A stretch of DNA of 64,000 nucleotides, from positions 1,216,001 through 1,280,000 of the forward strand of contig CAWBZI010000001.1 of the NCBI GenBank assembly GCA_963793265.1. The letters are read 5' to 3'. The translations under genes and the position numbers were made by a program. This DNA comes from an uncultured cyanobacterium. Lineage in GTDB: Bacteria; Cyanobacteriota; Cyanobacteriia; Phormidesmidales; Phormidesmidaceae. Each line of letters starts with the position of its first letter. Position 1 is the first letter of the stretch. The notes beneath the pieces are model-generated. The model saw only the letters and a program-made list of their open reading frames with translations. It was not told the origin of the DNA and searched no databases. Positions 19,603 through 30,733 of the stretch are shown here, one piece after another.

Positions 19603-20862
19603 TTAGTTCAGCGACTCCAAATAATCGCGAACCCGGTTACGTCGCTTAGGCTGACGCAGCTTTTGCAGTGCCTTAGACTCAATCTGTCGCACCCGCTCAC
19701 GAGACAGCTCCAAAGTCCGACCGATCTCAGCTAAGGAATACGGCACACCATCATCCAAGCCAAACCGTAGCGTAATCACTTCCTGCTCGCGCGTCGTCAA
19801 ATCGGTGAGCAACTGCCGCAAATCTCGCTTCAGCGACTCGCGCATCAGCAGTTCTTCAGGCGAAATATCCTCAGTCTCTAGCAGGTCACCCAGTTCAGTA
19901 TCACGATCCTTGCCAACCTTAGTATCCAAAGACACAGAGCGCGGCACCTTTTGCAACACTTCGCGCACCTGCTCCGCCGTCATATCCAGCTCTTTCGCAA
20001 TATCCTCCAGCTTGGCAGTGCGCCCCTGCGTCTGAGAAATCTTACGCTGAGCCTTCTTAATTTTGTTGAGCTTTTCAGTGATATGAACCGGCAGACGAAT
20101 TGTGCGGCTTTGGGTTGCGATCGCCCGCGTAATCCCCTGACGAATCCACCAGTAAGCATACGTACTAAAGCGATAGCCTTTGGTCGGGTCAAACTTCTCC
20201 ACCGCCCGCTCAAGCCCCAAAGTGCCCTCCTGAATCAAATCCAGCAGCTCCAGCCCCCGGTTCTGATACTTCTTCGCCACCGACACCACCAGGCGTAAAT
20301 TCGCCTTGATCATGTGCTCTTTGGCCCGCACACCTTCCGACTGCATCTGCACCAAGTCGTCCACGCTCAGACTAGCCAAATCGGCCCATAGCCCCTTGCC
20401 CTTAATCAACGTCGGCTTCAGCTCACTTACCGGAATCTCAGCCGTCTTTGCCCAGCGCTCTAAAGAAGGCTTATGACCCAACTGCGCCGTTAGCTGATCG
20501 CGAGTATTGATCAAATTCACATACACCGCCAGCGCACCACCAGTTTCCTCAGCCGCCTTATCACGCAGGCTCAAAAGCTCCATGTGCTGCTGCACTCGCT
20601 GCGCCTCAGCCACTTCCTCATCGCGCTCAAGCAGGCTTACTCGACCGATTTCTTGTAGGTACAAGCGCACCAGATCTGTAGAGCGAGCAGCACGGGGCTT
20701 AGCATGAGACTCAGAATCCAACCCTTGGATATGGACATCGCCACTTTCATCAGAACCAACCCCTGAAAGATCAATCACAGTCGGCTCGCGGGAATTATCC
20801 GCTTTGGCATCTTTTGAAACGCTAGCAGTGCGTTCATCAACGTATTCGGGCGTAGCTTTCAT
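19603..20862 (-). CDS. sigC: Group 2 RNA polymerase sigma factor, SigC type
   Basis: STDLVRLYLQEIGRV.LL.RDEEV, ANLRLVVSVAKKYQNRG, FSTYAYWWIRQ, SRERVRQIE; ATG 20862 assumed. Confidence 0.85.
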   Translation of the reverse strand: MKATPEYVDERTASVSKDAKADNSREPTVIDLSGVGSDESGDVHIQGLDSESHAKPRAARSTDLVRLYLQEIGRVSLLERDEEVAEAQRVQQHMELLSLRDKAAEETGGALAVYVNLINTRDQLTAQLGHKPSLERWAKTAEIPVSELKPTLIKGKGLWADLASLSVDDLVQMQSEGVRAKEHMIKANLRLVVSVAKKYQNRGLELLDLIQEGTLGLERAVEKFDPTKGYRFSTYAYWWIRQGITRAIATQSRTIRLPVHITEKLNKIKKAQRKISQTQGRTAKLEDIAKELDMTAEQVREVLQKVPRSVSLDTKVGKDRDTELGDLLETEDISPEELLMRESLKRDLRQLLTDLTTREQEVITLRFGLDDGVPYSLAEIGRTLELSRERVRQIESKALQKLRQPKRRNRVRDYLESLN

Positions 20863-20919
20863 GATGGTGTGAAGTAGCAGGACAGGTGAAGAATCAACGA
20901 GGCTCACCCCTTAATGGAT

Positions 20920-20928
20920 AGTGTTCCC
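20920..20928 (-). promoter_or_regulatory. Putative SigJ-type promoter box GGGAACACT upstream of sigC
   Basis: One mismatch to the J-box GGGAATACT, 58 nt upstream of the assumed ATG. Confidence 0.5.
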
Positions 20929-21443
20929 AGCCGATGAGGTCACAAAGCAATAGAATCGGGAAAGAGACTTCGGAAAATACGTTCTCTGACGAGCTATCAG
21001 ACTTAAGAACAAACTTTATGCAAGCTGCTCTTAGAAGCTTTAGAGAAAGCCTCAACATACAGACGTCTAGCTAAGATATTCATAGCGATACAGGCTTATT
21101 CCTGATGACTTGAAGGGTAAGATGAGAAACTTAACGAATAACCTCTTAAAACAAACTGCTCTAAAAACAAACTGTTGGACGCATCGAGAAGACAAAGCCA
21201 AGCCGAAACTCAACTAAACTGCCCTATTAAAGAGATATCAGGCAAGGCAGCTCAGCCTCGAAAAGGCTATTCCAGGTTTATCAGTGTCACAAAGGCTTGG
21301 AACTTACAACAAATAATGGCTACTTTGAACAAGCCAGCAGATGCCAGCGCTAACATTTCAGGACACTACAAAAGGCTAAAACCGTGGCTGATTGGCCAGT
21401 TCAGAGGGATCAAAAGATTCTCTAAACCGACCGTCCAACAAGA

Positions 21444-23594
21444 CTACTGCTGCGGGATTTGAATAGTAAAAGTGGTGCCCGAGCCGATAGCCGAGTTGCA
21501 AATTAGCGAACCACCGTGCCGTTCTGTCACAATCTGATAGCTGATAGAAAGCCCCATCCCGGTACCTCTCCCGATTGGCTTGGTCGTGAAGAATGGATTG
21601 AATATTTGCGATCGCACATCCTCCGCCATCCCCGCACCATTATCACCAATACTGACGCTAAGCTGCCCCGCCATAAAATCAGTCGAAATCACCAGTTGAG
21701 GCTGATCAATCCCTTCTAGAGCATCAATACCGTTACCGATAATATTCATAAATACCTGATTGAGCTGCCCGGCATAGCACGTTACCAGCGGCAGCTCGCC
21801 ATAGCGCCTCACCACCTCAATCTCGCCACGATGATTCTGAGCCTTGAGCTGATGCCCTAAAATCATCAGCGTACTGTCTAGCCCTTGGTGAATATCCACC
21901 GCCTTTTGCTCCGCCTCATCTTTTCGAGAAAACGTCCGCAGCGAAGAAACAATCTGCCGAATTCGCTCCGCACCTAGCTTCATAGAAGCCAGCAAGTTCA
22001 ATAAATCCTCAGTGATAAAGTCAAAATCAAGCTCTTCTAGCTCTTCTAAGATTGCTTCAGGCGGATCTGGATATTGCGCTTGATAAAGCTTTAGCAGCCC
22101 TACCAGGCTATTTGCATACCGAGTAGCAGGCTTCACATTGCCATAAATAAAGCTCACAGGATTGTTGATCTCATGGGCTACGCCTGCCACAAGCTGCCCT
22201 AAACTAGACATTTTTTCAGTTTGTACTAAGCGAGTTTGCGCCTGCTGCAATTCACAAAAAGCCTGCTCTAAGTCTTTAGCCTGCTGCATCAAACACAGCT
22301 CGGCCCGCTTGCGCTCAGTAATATCATTGTGGATAGCCACATACTGATAAGGGCATCCGGCCTCATCCAAGAACGGCACAATGGTGGTGTACACCCAGTA
22401 GAGATTGCCATTTTTAGCCTGGTTTCTCATCTCGCCTAGCCAAACGTGGCCCGTGCTAATGGTGTGCCACATCTCCTCAAAAAACTCGCGCGGGTGATAG
22501 CTAGAGTTAACCAGACGATGGGTCTGCCCAATGAGTTCAGCCTGATTGTATTTAGAGATTTCACGAAACTTGTCATTGACGTAGGTAATGCGTCCTCGAT
22601 GGTCAGTAATCGCCACGTTTGAAGAGCAGTCCAGTGCAAACTTAACGTCAGCGAGTTCTTTGAGTGACTGATTTAACTGGGCTTCGATTTGTTTGCGATC
22701 GCTAATATCACTCAAGCACCCATACCAAACAATCGAACCATCCGCCTGCGGCTGCGGCTTAGCCAGCGTCCGCACCCACCGCGTCCGCCCCGAAGGCAGC
22801 ACAACCCGACACTCATACTGATACACCTTCAGCGTCAGCGCCGAGGCTCTAACCGCCGCCTTAAATCCCTGCCGCTCACTCTCATGAACCAGCTTGAGCA
22901 TCTCTACCCCCCGCGACTGAAACTCCTCCGGCGACAGGCTTAGCAATCGGTAGCTATCTGAGGAGACATAGGGAAAAGAGACTTCTGAATCACCGCTAAG
23001 CCGCATTTCATAGAGCAAATCTGGCACATTGTCGGCCAGTTTTTGCAGGCGAGTTTGGCTCACTGCTAGCTCAGCCGTACGCGCCTCTAACCGACTAGAT
23101 AGCAGATGATTGAGCTGCTTGGTTTCAATCTCCGACTGCTTGTGTATCGTAATATCTTGAGCTAGCGCGTTCCACAGGATAGTGAGCGGATCGAATTGCT
23201 CAGGGGCAGGCTGCATCGTCAGCGCGATCCATTTTATCTTTTGGTTGGGTAGCACTATTCGTCCTTCCCATTCCCAAAGCCGGGGGAGCTGAGCCGCCCG
23301 TTTCATTGCTAGCTCAAAAGACGCGCGATCTTCTAGGTGGATAGCGTCAAATAGGCAGTGGGATAGGTGTTTTAGCGCTTTGATGTGGCTTGATGGTTGA
23401 GCGATCGCAGGCTCTAGCAGTTTGTAGCAGCCCGCACCAATATATGGATAGGCAACAGCCACCCCTTCTCGCGTCGTCACCACCTGAGAAACTGCCCCAG
23501 GGATGCTGTCCATCCAGCGCTGAAAGTCATCAGGTAGATCGTTACTGCGTAGAGATTCAGGGTCGATCTGAGTAGGCGGAATAGAAGCTTTCAT
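21444..23594 (-). CDS. Multi-PAS sensor histidine kinase
   Basis: Three PAS/PAC-like units; H-box [10 protein letters not shown]-box [28 protein letters not shown]. Confidence 0.92.
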   Translation of the reverse strand: MKASIPPTQIDPESLRSNDLPDDFQRWMDSIPGAVSQVVTTREGVAVAYPYIGAGCYKLLEPAIAQPSSHIKALKHLSHCLFDAIHLEDRASFELAMKRAAQLPRLWEWEGRIVLPNQKIKWIALTMQPAPEQFDPLTILWNALAQDITIHKQSEIETKQLNHLLSSRLEARTAELAVSQTRLQKLADNVPDLLYEMRLSGDSEVSFPYVSSDSYRLLSLSPEEFQSRGVEMLKLVHESERQGFKAAVRASALTLKVYQYECRVVLPSGRTRWVRTLAKPQPQADGSIVWYGCLSDISDRKQIEAQLNQSLKELADVKFALDCSSNVAITDHRGRITYVNDKFREISKYNQAELIGQTHRLVNSSYHPREFFEEMWHTISTGHVWLGEMRNQAKNGNLYWVYTTIVPFLDEAGCPYQYVAIHNDITERKRAELCLMQQAKDLEQAFCELQQAQTRLVQTEKMSSLGQLVAGVAHEINNPVSFIYGNVKPATRYANSLVGLLKLYQAQYPDPPEAILEELEELDFDFITEDLLNLLASMKLGAERIRQIVSSLRTFSRKDEAEQKAVDIHQGLDSTLMILGHQLKAQNHRGEIEVVRRYGELPLVTCYAGQLNQVFMNIIGNGIDALEGIDQPQLVISTDFMAGQLSVSIGDNGAGMAEDVRSQIFNPFFTTKPIGRGTGMGLSISYQIVTERHGGSLICNSAIGSGTTFTIQIPQQ

Positions 23595-23718
23595 CGGGGG
23601 GTATCTGAAGAGAGAAACCACTTTGGGTTATCATTCCCGAGGCGAAAAGCTAGGCAAGACGGTGTTCTTACGGAGCATAGAGCCAACGACGCAAAATGGC
23701 ATCTGTAACGTTTGGAGA

Positions 23719-24009
23719 TTAAGTGAAGAAAGATGGGAAGTTGCGGCGACCGTTTACAACCCGTAGGATTTCGATATCATCATCTAGGAGTTGGTAGAAA
23801 ACAATATAGCCATCTAAAGACATTCCTCTAAGATCAGGCCGAATAAAATCATAGCTTTTACCGCTGTTTGGGAAAGTAATTAGCTGCTTGCACTTTCGGT
23901 CGAAAGTACGAAAGAATCTTTCGCCTGCTTCAACGCTAGTATCAGCAAAATAATTAGCAATCTCGTTGAGGTCTTTACTAGCAAGCTCGTTGATGACATA
24001 GCGACTCAT
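23719..24009 (-). CDS. ParE/RelE family toxin
   Basis: ASKDLNEIANY..FPNSG..YIVFY..IEILRVVNGRR; 4-nt overlap with the antitoxin gene. Confidence 0.88.
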   Translation of the reverse strand: MSRYVINELASKDLNEIANYFADTSVEAGERFFRTFDRKCKQLITFPNSGKSYDFIRPDLRGMSLDGYIVFYQLLDDDIEILRVVNGRRNFPSFFT

Positions 24010-24266
24010 GCCTGACCAGGCTTTTGAAACCGCTCCAGGATCTCGCTAACGAAGGTTTCGCCATCAATGGGAGGCGTACTGTTTGAAGCCTCAATAGCTG
24101 CGTCGATCTTCATGCGTACGTCTTCAACCCATTCGGCGTTTGATCGCTCGTATTCGTCCAGCAATTTCAGTGCAGTTTCCAGAACCTCCTCAGCAGAACG
24201 ATACTTACCAGCTTGCAGCTTATTTTGAACAATACGCTCTTGATCGGTTGTCAGACTGATACTCAT
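24006..24266 (-). CDS. ParD-like (RHH) antitoxin
   Basis: MSISLT..GKYRSAEEVLETALKLL; directly upstream of the toxin. Confidence 0.85.
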   Translation of the reverse strand: MSISLTTDQERIVQNKLQAGKYRSAEEVLETALKLLDEYERSNAEWVEDVRMKIDAAIEASNSTPPIDGETFVSEILERFQKPGQA

Positions 24267-24406
24267 AAGTCGTGTCTAATTGAGATAACTCTATTCTAAA
24301 GGCTCGTTACAGAAGAAACTAAGACTACGTGCTATCGATACAACTGAATCAAAATGCAGATTGCAGAAGCATATTCGGATATATTTATCAACATGAATAA
24401 AGAAAA

Positions 24407-27400
24407 TCAGCTCTCGTCAATTACAGCATCGCGGTCTAGCAATAGCAAATTACGTAACTGATCGGTATCTAGTTCAGTGAGCCACTGTTCACCTGCACCG
24501 ACAACTTGCTCAGCAAGTGCCTTCTTACTGTTGATCATGTCATTGATTCGTTCTTCTAGGGTGCCAGTGGTAACGAATTTGTGGACTTGGACGTTTTTGG
24601 TTTGGCCGATGCGGAAGGCGCGGTCTGTGGCTTGATTTTCTACGGCGGGGTTCCACCAGCGGTCGAAGTGGAAGACGTGGTTGGCGCGGGTGAGATTGAG
24701 GCCGACGCCGCCTGCTTTAAGGGAGAGAATGAAGATTTTGGGGCCGTTAGGATCGAGCTGGAATCGGTCTACCATTTCTTCTCGTTTGGGCTGAGAGGTG
24801 CTGCCGTAAAGGAATTGGGTTTGAGTGCCCAAGCGATGTTCTAAATGGGTAGATAACAACTTTCCCCACTCGGCAAACTGCGTGAAGATTAAGGCGCGAT
24901 CGCCCTCTGCAACAACTTCTTCTAACATCTCATCCAAACGCTGCAATTTACCCGAACGCTGAGACTTCCCTAAGCTATCTTGCTTAAGAAACTGCGCGGG
25001 ATGATTGCAAATCTGTTTGAGTTTCACTAGCAGTCCTAAGATCATGCCGCGTCGCTGAACGCCCGTAGCCTCGTCAATCTCTCCTAATGTCTCATCTACT
25101 AGCTTTTGATAAAGCTTGGCCTGCTCGGCAGTGAGTCCACAAAAAACAGTCATCTCCTGCTTGTCGGGCAGGTCTTGGATGATAGTGCGGTCGGTTTTGA
25201 GACGGCGCAGAATGAAGGGTTGGACAAGCGATCGCAATGTCTTCAGCGAATCTGTATCGCCATACTTCTCAATCGGCGTTGCAAACCGTCGCTTAAAGAA
25301 GTTCAGTGGTCCCAAATAGCCAGGATTCAAGAAATCCATAATCGCCCACAGCTCAGAAAGCCGGTTCTCTACAGGCGTACCCGTTAGCGCCACGCGAAAC
25401 TCACTTTCTACCTCGCGCACTGCCAAAGACTGCTTAGCCGTTGGGTTCTTGATATTCTGCGCCTCATCAAGCACCATCCCTCGCCACTCAATCTTTTTAA
25501 GATCCTTCAAGTCTCGCTGCACCAGCGTATAGCTCGTAATCACCAAATCTAGCTTTTCAGTCGCCTCAACAAGCGCTGTCCCTTTGGGCCGCTTATCGCC
25601 GTGATAAATCAAAGTCCTTAGCTCAGGGCCAAACTTTTTCACCTCACGCTGCCAGTTTGTGAGTACAGAAGTCGGGCATACCAACAAGGTCGGCCCACCT
25701 AAAGCCTTTTCTTGCTTGAGATACAGCAAAAACGCAATGAGCTGAATCGTCTTACCCAAGCCCATATCATCGGCCAGGCAAGCCCCAAGCCCCCACTGCT
25801 CCAGAAACGAAAGCCAGGAAACCCCTTTCGCCTGATAAGGCCGTAGCTGCCCTTCAAAACCATCAGGCTCCTCAATTGCCGTTAGGCTCTGGTTGCCTGT
25901 CGTCATGGTTGTGATCAGCTCATCCAACTTGCCAGAAGCATCAAACTTCACAACCGGCAGCTTATCGATAAGCTGGTTATCACCTGTACTAATACGCAAA
26001 GCTTCCTCTACTGAAAGCTTTGTTTGCCCCTTACGTTTCTCAAAGAACTCTTTAGCCGCTCGCACATCCTGCGGACGCAGCTCAATCCACTGGCCATTAA
26101 TCTCAACCAGTGGCGTACCTTGAGTAATCAGATCGTCAAACTCCGCCTTAGTTAGAATCTGACCGCCGACAGATAGATCCCACTTGAAGTTCAACAAGCT
26201 TTGCAGGCCCAATCGCTGCTGCTTAGGTGGCGCGGTTGCACTGATTTGTAGCCCTAATCGGCTAGCGCCTACTTTACTAGGATCTACCAAATTGTCGGGC
26301 AAAATTACGCCAAAGCCGCTGTCCTGAAGCCGCCAGGCGGTAGCCTTAATGAACTGATAAGCCTCGATAGGATCTAGAACGCACTGAGTCGGGCTGGGGT
26401 CTGTGAGGGTTTGCTTGATAGGTTCGTATAGGCGAGTAGCCCGGCCTAAGCCGCCTAGCAGAGTTTCTTGAGGCGCTTCTATGGCTCTGCCTTCATAGGT
26501 GATTTCGTCGGCAGGGTTTTGCCAAACCGTTTCGGCGTCTACCTTAAAGTCGCCGTCGTCAATGGCTTGTAGGCCGTAGGAAAGCGTCCAGTTTAGCGTG
26601 CCTGATGGGGGCGGGGTGAGTGAAAAGCAGGTGCGGAAGCCGTGGATTTTGTCAGCCAGGTTTTGCAGCGGCGCTGTCCAGGTGTTGATGGCATCGTTGA
26701 GGCGGACGACGCCTGTAGGGGTGGACTCAAAGTGAGGATCTGGTGCGGCTAGTGCCTCTAACCATTCGTGTAGGGGGAGGTCTTTGCTTAGGGCAGCAGC
26801 GCTAGGCGTTTCGTTACTTTGAGCGGCGCTGCGGACTTGAGCATCAACGAGCGTTTCGAGAAAGTTGCGGACTAGGGGATCAACAGAATCGGGGAGATCG
26901 ATGCGGAAGGGGGAGACTTTTTTGGGGGCTGAGGCTGGGTAGCTGCGGCAGACTAGGGGGAGGCGATCGCAAAATTCCTTCAGCCGAGCCTGATCCAGCG
27001 CACTATCTAACAAAAGCTGCCACGCCGCCAAAGCCCCTTTTTTATCGGCACTTACGACCGGCACAAACTTGCCTCGCGCCAGCAAATCTAAGCACCAGCG
27101 GGTTAGGTGCGACCAGTAGCGCAAATCATCACCGACAAAAGCACTCGCTTCTGACTGGCCCAGCGGTAGTGCTGTGAGAAATTTCGTGGTTGTCAGCGGA
27201 TCTATCAGTCCGCCCGAGATTTGCCACGGGTAGAGCACGGCTGATGATTCTTCTGAAGCTTGCTCGGTTGCAGGGAAGCGATCACCCGCCGACAGCACAG
27301 GCAGCATCCCATCATCATCAAACATAGTTGGTAATACAACCACCCGAGACTGCCAGTCCTTCGAGCCAGCTTTACTCGCTTTAGACTGACGAGTCTTCCC

Positions 27401-27706
27401 CTTTGTGGCTTTGCCGTCCGATTTAGCAGTCGTCTTAGTGCCGACCTTAGCGCTGACTTTGCCGCTCGTACCCGCTATCTGAGCCTGCATCCAGGAAAGA
27501 TCAAATTCCTCACCCTTTTGCAAACTGTCAGCAAGCTCTGTTTGGCTCAACTGATACGGCTGCTTAGGAACGCTAGGAACTTTGTCTTCTGCTAAAAGGC
27601 CAGAGAAATCGATTGAAAACTTAGTCGCATCGACTTTTCGCCAGGTTTCCCCCCACAGAAAAAAACGCTGTAGGTCAGGCAGCCAGTTTCCATGTAATGT
27701 CGCCAT
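24407..27706 (-). CDS. SNF2-family helicase
   Basis: LADDMGLGKT, DEAQ, TGTPVENRL, SLKAGGVGLNLT, QATDRAFRIGQ. Confidence 0.95.
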   Translation of the reverse strand: MATLHGNWLPDLQRFFLWGETWRKVDATKFSIDFSGLLAEDKVPSVPKQPYQLSQTELADSLQKGEEFDLSWMQAQIAGTSGKVSAKVGTKTTAKSDGKATKGKTRQSKASKAGSKDWQSRVVVLPTMFDDDGMLPVLSAGDRFPATEQASEESSAVLYPWQISGGLIDPLTTTKFLTALPLGQSEASAFVGDDLRYWSHLTRWCLDLLARGKFVPVVSADKKGALAAWQLLLDSALDQARLKEFCDRLPLVCRSYPASAPKKVSPFRIDLPDSVDPLVRNFLETLVDAQVRSAAQSNETPSAAALSKDLPLHEWLEALAAPDPHFESTPTGVVRLNDAINTWTAPLQNLADKIHGFRTCFSLTPPPSGTLNWTLSYGLQAIDDGDFKVDAETVWQNPADEITYEGRAIEAPQETLLGGLGRATRLYEPIKQTLTDPSPTQCVLDPIEAYQFIKATAWRLQDSGFGVILPDNLVDPSKVGASRLGLQISATAPPKQQRLGLQSLLNFKWDLSVGGQILTKAEFDDLITQGTPLVEINGQWIELRPQDVRAAKEFFEKRKGQTKLSVEEALRISTGDNQLIDKLPVVKFDASGKLDELITTMTTGNQSLTAIEEPDGFEGQLRPYQAKGVSWLSFLEQWGLGACLADDMGLGKTIQLIAFLLYLKQEKALGGPTLLVCPTSVLTNWQREVKKFGPELRTLIYHGDKRPKGTALVEATEKLDLVITSYTLVQRDLKDLKKIEWRGMVLDEAQNIKNPTAKQSLAVREVESEFRVALTGTPVENRLSELWAIMDFLNPGYLGPLNFFKRRFATPIEKYGDTDSLKTLRSLVQPFILRRLKTDRTIIQDLPDKQEMTVFCGLTAEQAKLYQKLVDETLGEIDEATGVQRRGMILGLLVKLKQICNHPAQFLKQDSLGKSQRSGKLQRLDEMLEEVVAEGDRALIFTQFAEWGKLLSTHLEHRLGTQTQFLYGSTSQPKREEMVDRFQLDPNGPKIFILSLKAGGVGLNLTRANHVFHFDRWWNPAVENQATDRAFRIGQTKNVQVHKFVTTGTLEERINDMINSKKALAEQVVGAGEQWLTELDTDQLRNLLLLDRDAVIDES

Positions 27707-27795
27707 GAGGCAAAACGCTCTTAAGAGAGGCTAGAGGTTGACGTAATCGTATCGAAGGAACTGCGCCTTTTAAAGGCATTCACCTAAGAGTATCG

Positions 27796-28752
27796 CTACG
27801 GGGTTTCAAATTTTTCGTAGGCAGCGACAATTCGTTGCACTAATGGGTGGCGTACCACGTCAGCTTTGGTCAATTCGCAAAATGAAATGCCTTCCACCTT
27901 CGACAAAATCTGAGTCGCTGCCGATAGCCCAGACTTTTGATACTGCGGCAAATCTGTTTGAGTAACGTCGCCAGTAACGACCATTCGCGAGTTAAAGCCT
28001 AAGCGAGTGAGCACCATTTTCATCTGCGCGGGCGTACTATTTTGCGCCTCGTCCAAAATCACGAAGGCATTGCTCAGCGTTCGTCCTCGCATATAGGCCA
28101 AAGGCGCAACCTCAATCACACCGCGTTCCATCAGTTGCGGAATCCGCTCAGGATCGAGCAGTTCGTGCAGCGCGTCGTACAAAGGGCGCAAATAAGGATT
28201 GACTTTCTCTTGCAAATCGCCCGGTAAGAACCCTAGCTTCTCACCGGCTTCTACCGCAGGGCGCGTGAGAATCAATTTCTCAAACTCCTCATTCATCAGC
28301 GCCTTAACAGCGACCATCGCGGCCAAAAAGGTTTTGCCGGTACCTGCCGGGCCAGTACAAAAGGTCAAATCGCTCTTGCGCAAAGCCTTGATGTACTGCT
28401 GCTGGCGGAAGGTTTTAGCACGGATAATTTGCCCTCTGCGCGTTCGAGCAACCACATCGCTTTGCAAGGCTTTTAGCTCATCGCCTCGGTGCGTGTCGAG
28501 CGCATGAATGGCCGTCATGATGTCGGTAATTGCGATCGCCTGCCCCTGGCTCCAGGTCGGCTCTAGCGTCTCTACAATTTTGCGCGATCGCTCCACCTGA
28601 CTCTCGGTACCCACAATATTTAGCTCACTGCCCCGAAGCACAATATTAGCGCCGGTTTGCTGAGCAATGCGCTTGATATTTTCTTCGTGCGGGCCAGCTA
28701 GGGCGATCGCATTTTCAGAACTCATCAAGCCAAATTTATAGTTATTTCCCAT
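27796..28752 (-). CDS. phoH: PhoH-family ATPase
   Basis: GPAGTGKT, RPAVEAGEKLGFLPGD, YMRGRTL, DEAQN. Confidence 0.95.
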   Translation of the reverse strand: MGNNYKFGLMSSENAIALAGPHEENIKRIAQQTGANIVLRGSELNIVGTESQVERSRKIVETLEPTWSQGQAIAITDIMTAIHALDTHRGDELKALQSDVVARTRRGQIIRAKTFRQQQYIKALRKSDLTFCTGPAGTGKTFLAAMVAVKALMNEEFEKLILTRPAVEAGEKLGFLPGDLQEKVNPYLRPLYDALHELLDPERIPQLMERGVIEVAPLAYMRGRTLSNAFVILDEAQNSTPAQMKMVLTRLGFNSRMVVTGDVTQTDLPQYQKSGLSAATQILSKVEGISFCELTKADVVRHPLVQRIVAAYEKFETP

Positions 28753-28973
28753 GCAGTTATTGAGTCAGCCAAATCAAGCGAATTAAAAGGATATAGCCAG
28801 CACCTTTTATAAAGTGCTCATCTCCTAATCTAGCGCTTTTGAACTATCTGAGCGCATCTAAGGACTAGAGATATAGCGAAAACAGCCGAGCCCACAAAAA
28901 AAGACCTGGCCTGCTAGCTCGCCTGCCAAATCTTCTTTCATATCTTTAGAACAGATACGTCAAAGCGCTAAAA

Positions 28974-29420
28974 CTATTCTGGTTTGGGCTTCTTCTTAGG
29001 TGGCGCTGGATTAGTACTAGGTCTAGGTGGACGACTTTCTCGATTGCGATCACCACCACGCCCTCTCCCACCACCTGAACGACCACCACCACGACTATCA
29101 CTCCGCTCGGCTCGCTCAGGCTCGGGTTCACCAAACACGCTGATATTCACAGTCATATCAGATAGCTTCGCCGCTGCTGCTAGCACCGTTCGTACCGCCT
29201 TAATATTGCGGCCCCCACGACCAAACACGCGCCCTTTATCCTCGTCTTCGTCAAACGCGGCTCTGAGCCACAGCTTTTTACCACCGGAGAGATTCTCCAC
29301 GTGAAACTTAAGCTGCTCCGGTTTGTCTAAAAAAGGATGCATCAAAAAGCGAGCGAGCGCTTCGTAATCAGGCCGGTTAGATAAAGCCTGTTCGGATGAA
29401 GTTTGGTCAGATGAAGTCAC
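28974..29420 (-). CDS. khpA: KH-domain RNA-binding protein (KhpA-like)
   Basis: DKGRVFGRGGRNIKAVRT; directly downstream of rpsP. Confidence 0.85.
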   Translation of the reverse strand: MTSSDQTSSEQALSNRPDYEALARFLMHPFLDKPEQLKFHVENLSGGKKLWLRAAFDEDEDKGRVFGRGGRNIKAVRTVLAAAAKLSDMTVNISVFGEPEPERAERSDSRGGGRSGGGRGRGGDRNRESRPPRPSTNPAPPKKKPKPE

Positions 29421-29430
29421 GGCTTGTCAC

Positions 29431-29685
29431 CTAGCTATTCGTCCCGAGCTGTTCGTACACGTTTGCTTTTTTCAGAATGTGCTCAACAGTCTTAGTGGGC
29501 TGAGCGCCTTCTTTGAGCCACTTTACAATGGCTGGAACGTCCAAACGGGTTTCGTCCGTTCTGGGGTTATAAAAGCCTACTTCTTCAAGCGGACGACCGT
29601 CGCGGCGGTCTTGAGCACGCATCGCGACGATACGATAGCTAACTTCGCGCTTTTTGCCAAAGCGCTTGAGTCTAATTTTGATCAT
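29431..29685 (-). CDS. rpsP: 30S ribosomal protein S16
   Basis: [31 protein letters not shown]; start ATG 29685. Confidence 0.97.
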   Translation of the reverse strand: MIKIRLKRFGKKREVSYRIVAMRAQDRRDGRPLEEVGFYNPRTDETRLDVPAIVKWLKEGAQPTKTVEHILKKANVYEQLGTNS

Positions 29686-29834
29686 TTGAAAACAGCTATT
29701 CACATTAGAGCAATCGATTTTAACACTCACTGCGAACTTCTGCGAATCCGAAGCAAAGCACCTGCTTTCCCAATACTTCAAAAAAAGAAAATTGAGAAGG
29801 CAAAAGCTCAGCCACAAATTTGCGGTCGGTTCGA

Positions 29835-29975
29835 TTAATCTTCGTGATCTTCAAACGGATCGCTGAGCTGCTTAGCCGGTGGGCCAAACGCTGTATACAC
29901 CGCGTAGAGAGTGAACAGGCCGACGATGGAAGCGACCGACACAATAAGAACTGTTGCAGAATCTAAATTTGCCAT
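29835..29975 (-). CDS. psbN: Photosystem II assembly factor PsbN (46 aa)
   Basis: Manual translation [46 protein letters not shown]; divergent from psbH. Confidence 0.96.
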   Translation of the reverse strand: MANLDSATVLIVSVASIVGLFTLYAVYTAFGPPAKQLSDPFEDHED

Positions 29976-30043
29976 GGAGTTTTACTCATGATTTCCTCTA
30001 TGATATTACAGAATATAAAGTAACTTTAGTCACCGATTACTCC

Positions 30044-30247
30044 ATGGCACAGCGCACGAAGTTGGGTAACATCCTCAAGCCTTTGAACTCTGAGTACGGA
30101 AAAGTCACCCCAGGGTGGGGGACAACCCCAGTCATGGGCGTGTTCATGGCGCTTTTCCTCGTGTTTTTGCTGATCATTCTTCAGCTATACAACTCATCGC
30201 TAATCATCGATAACGTCGATGTAGATTGGAGAAGCCTTGGCGGCTAA
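30044..30247 (+). CDS. psbH: Photosystem II protein PsbH
   Basis: [31 protein letters not shown]. Confidence 0.97.
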   Translation: MAQRTKLGNILKPLNSEYGKVTPGWGTTPVMGVFMALFLVFLLIILQLYNSSLIIDNVDVDWRSLGG

Positions 30248-30355
30248 CGCTAGAGCAGCACTATTTAGATTCAGTGCTACAAATTCTTCAAAGGGGTAGG
30301 TGTGTTTTGCGCCTGCCCTTTATAATTTTTAAACAACGTCGCGGATATTTGAGAA

Positions 30356-30685
30356 ATGAACGTCTTTGGAATTGGCCTACCCGAGATGGGCTTGATTATG
30401 ATTGTGGCCTTGCTTGTATTTGGGCCTAAAAAGCTGCCCGAGATTGGCCGCAGCATGGGCAAGGCGATGAAGGGCTTTCAGGACGCCACTAAGGAATTTG
30501 AGACTGAGTTCAAAAAAGAAGCCGATGCTATAGAGAAATCGGTAGCTGAGCCGATGCGGGCGACATTAGAAAAGCCACGCGCGCTAGTGGCTGATAAAGA
30601 ACCGACCGAAGCGCAGGTTGTTGAAACCGAGCCTGAAGCTGATGCAGCCAACGCTAAAGAAGATAGCGAAACTCAGGTGGCTTAA
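30356..30685 (+). CDS. tatA: Twin-arginine translocase TatA/E
   Basis: FGIGLPE..LLVFGPKKLPEIGRSMGK. Confidence 0.93.
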   Translation: MNVFGIGLPEMGLIMIVALLVFGPKKLPEIGRSMGKAMKGFQDATKEFETEFKKEADAIEKSVAEPMRATLEKPRALVADKEPTEAQVVETEPEADAANAKEDSETQVA

Positions 30686-30733
30686 GCGTTAGCCATTGAG
30701 ATACAGTCAGCAGCAGTTGAGATTGAAGGAAAG

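Noticed and set aside
21175..21462. 95-aa ORF in the sigC upstream region
   Set aside because: TTG start, no RBS, no recognisable motif, and it overlaps the end of the kinase gene.
24407..27706. SNF2 helicase plus ParDE as an anti-phage island
   Set aside because: This helicase type is a common cyanobacterial gene, carries HIP1 sites, and has no methylase or nuclease partner.
29686..29817. N-terminal extension of S16 shown in the ORF track (similar cases for psbH, ahcY, ycf46, GST)
   Set aside because: Artefact of choosing the most upstream start; conserved sequence begins at later ATGs.
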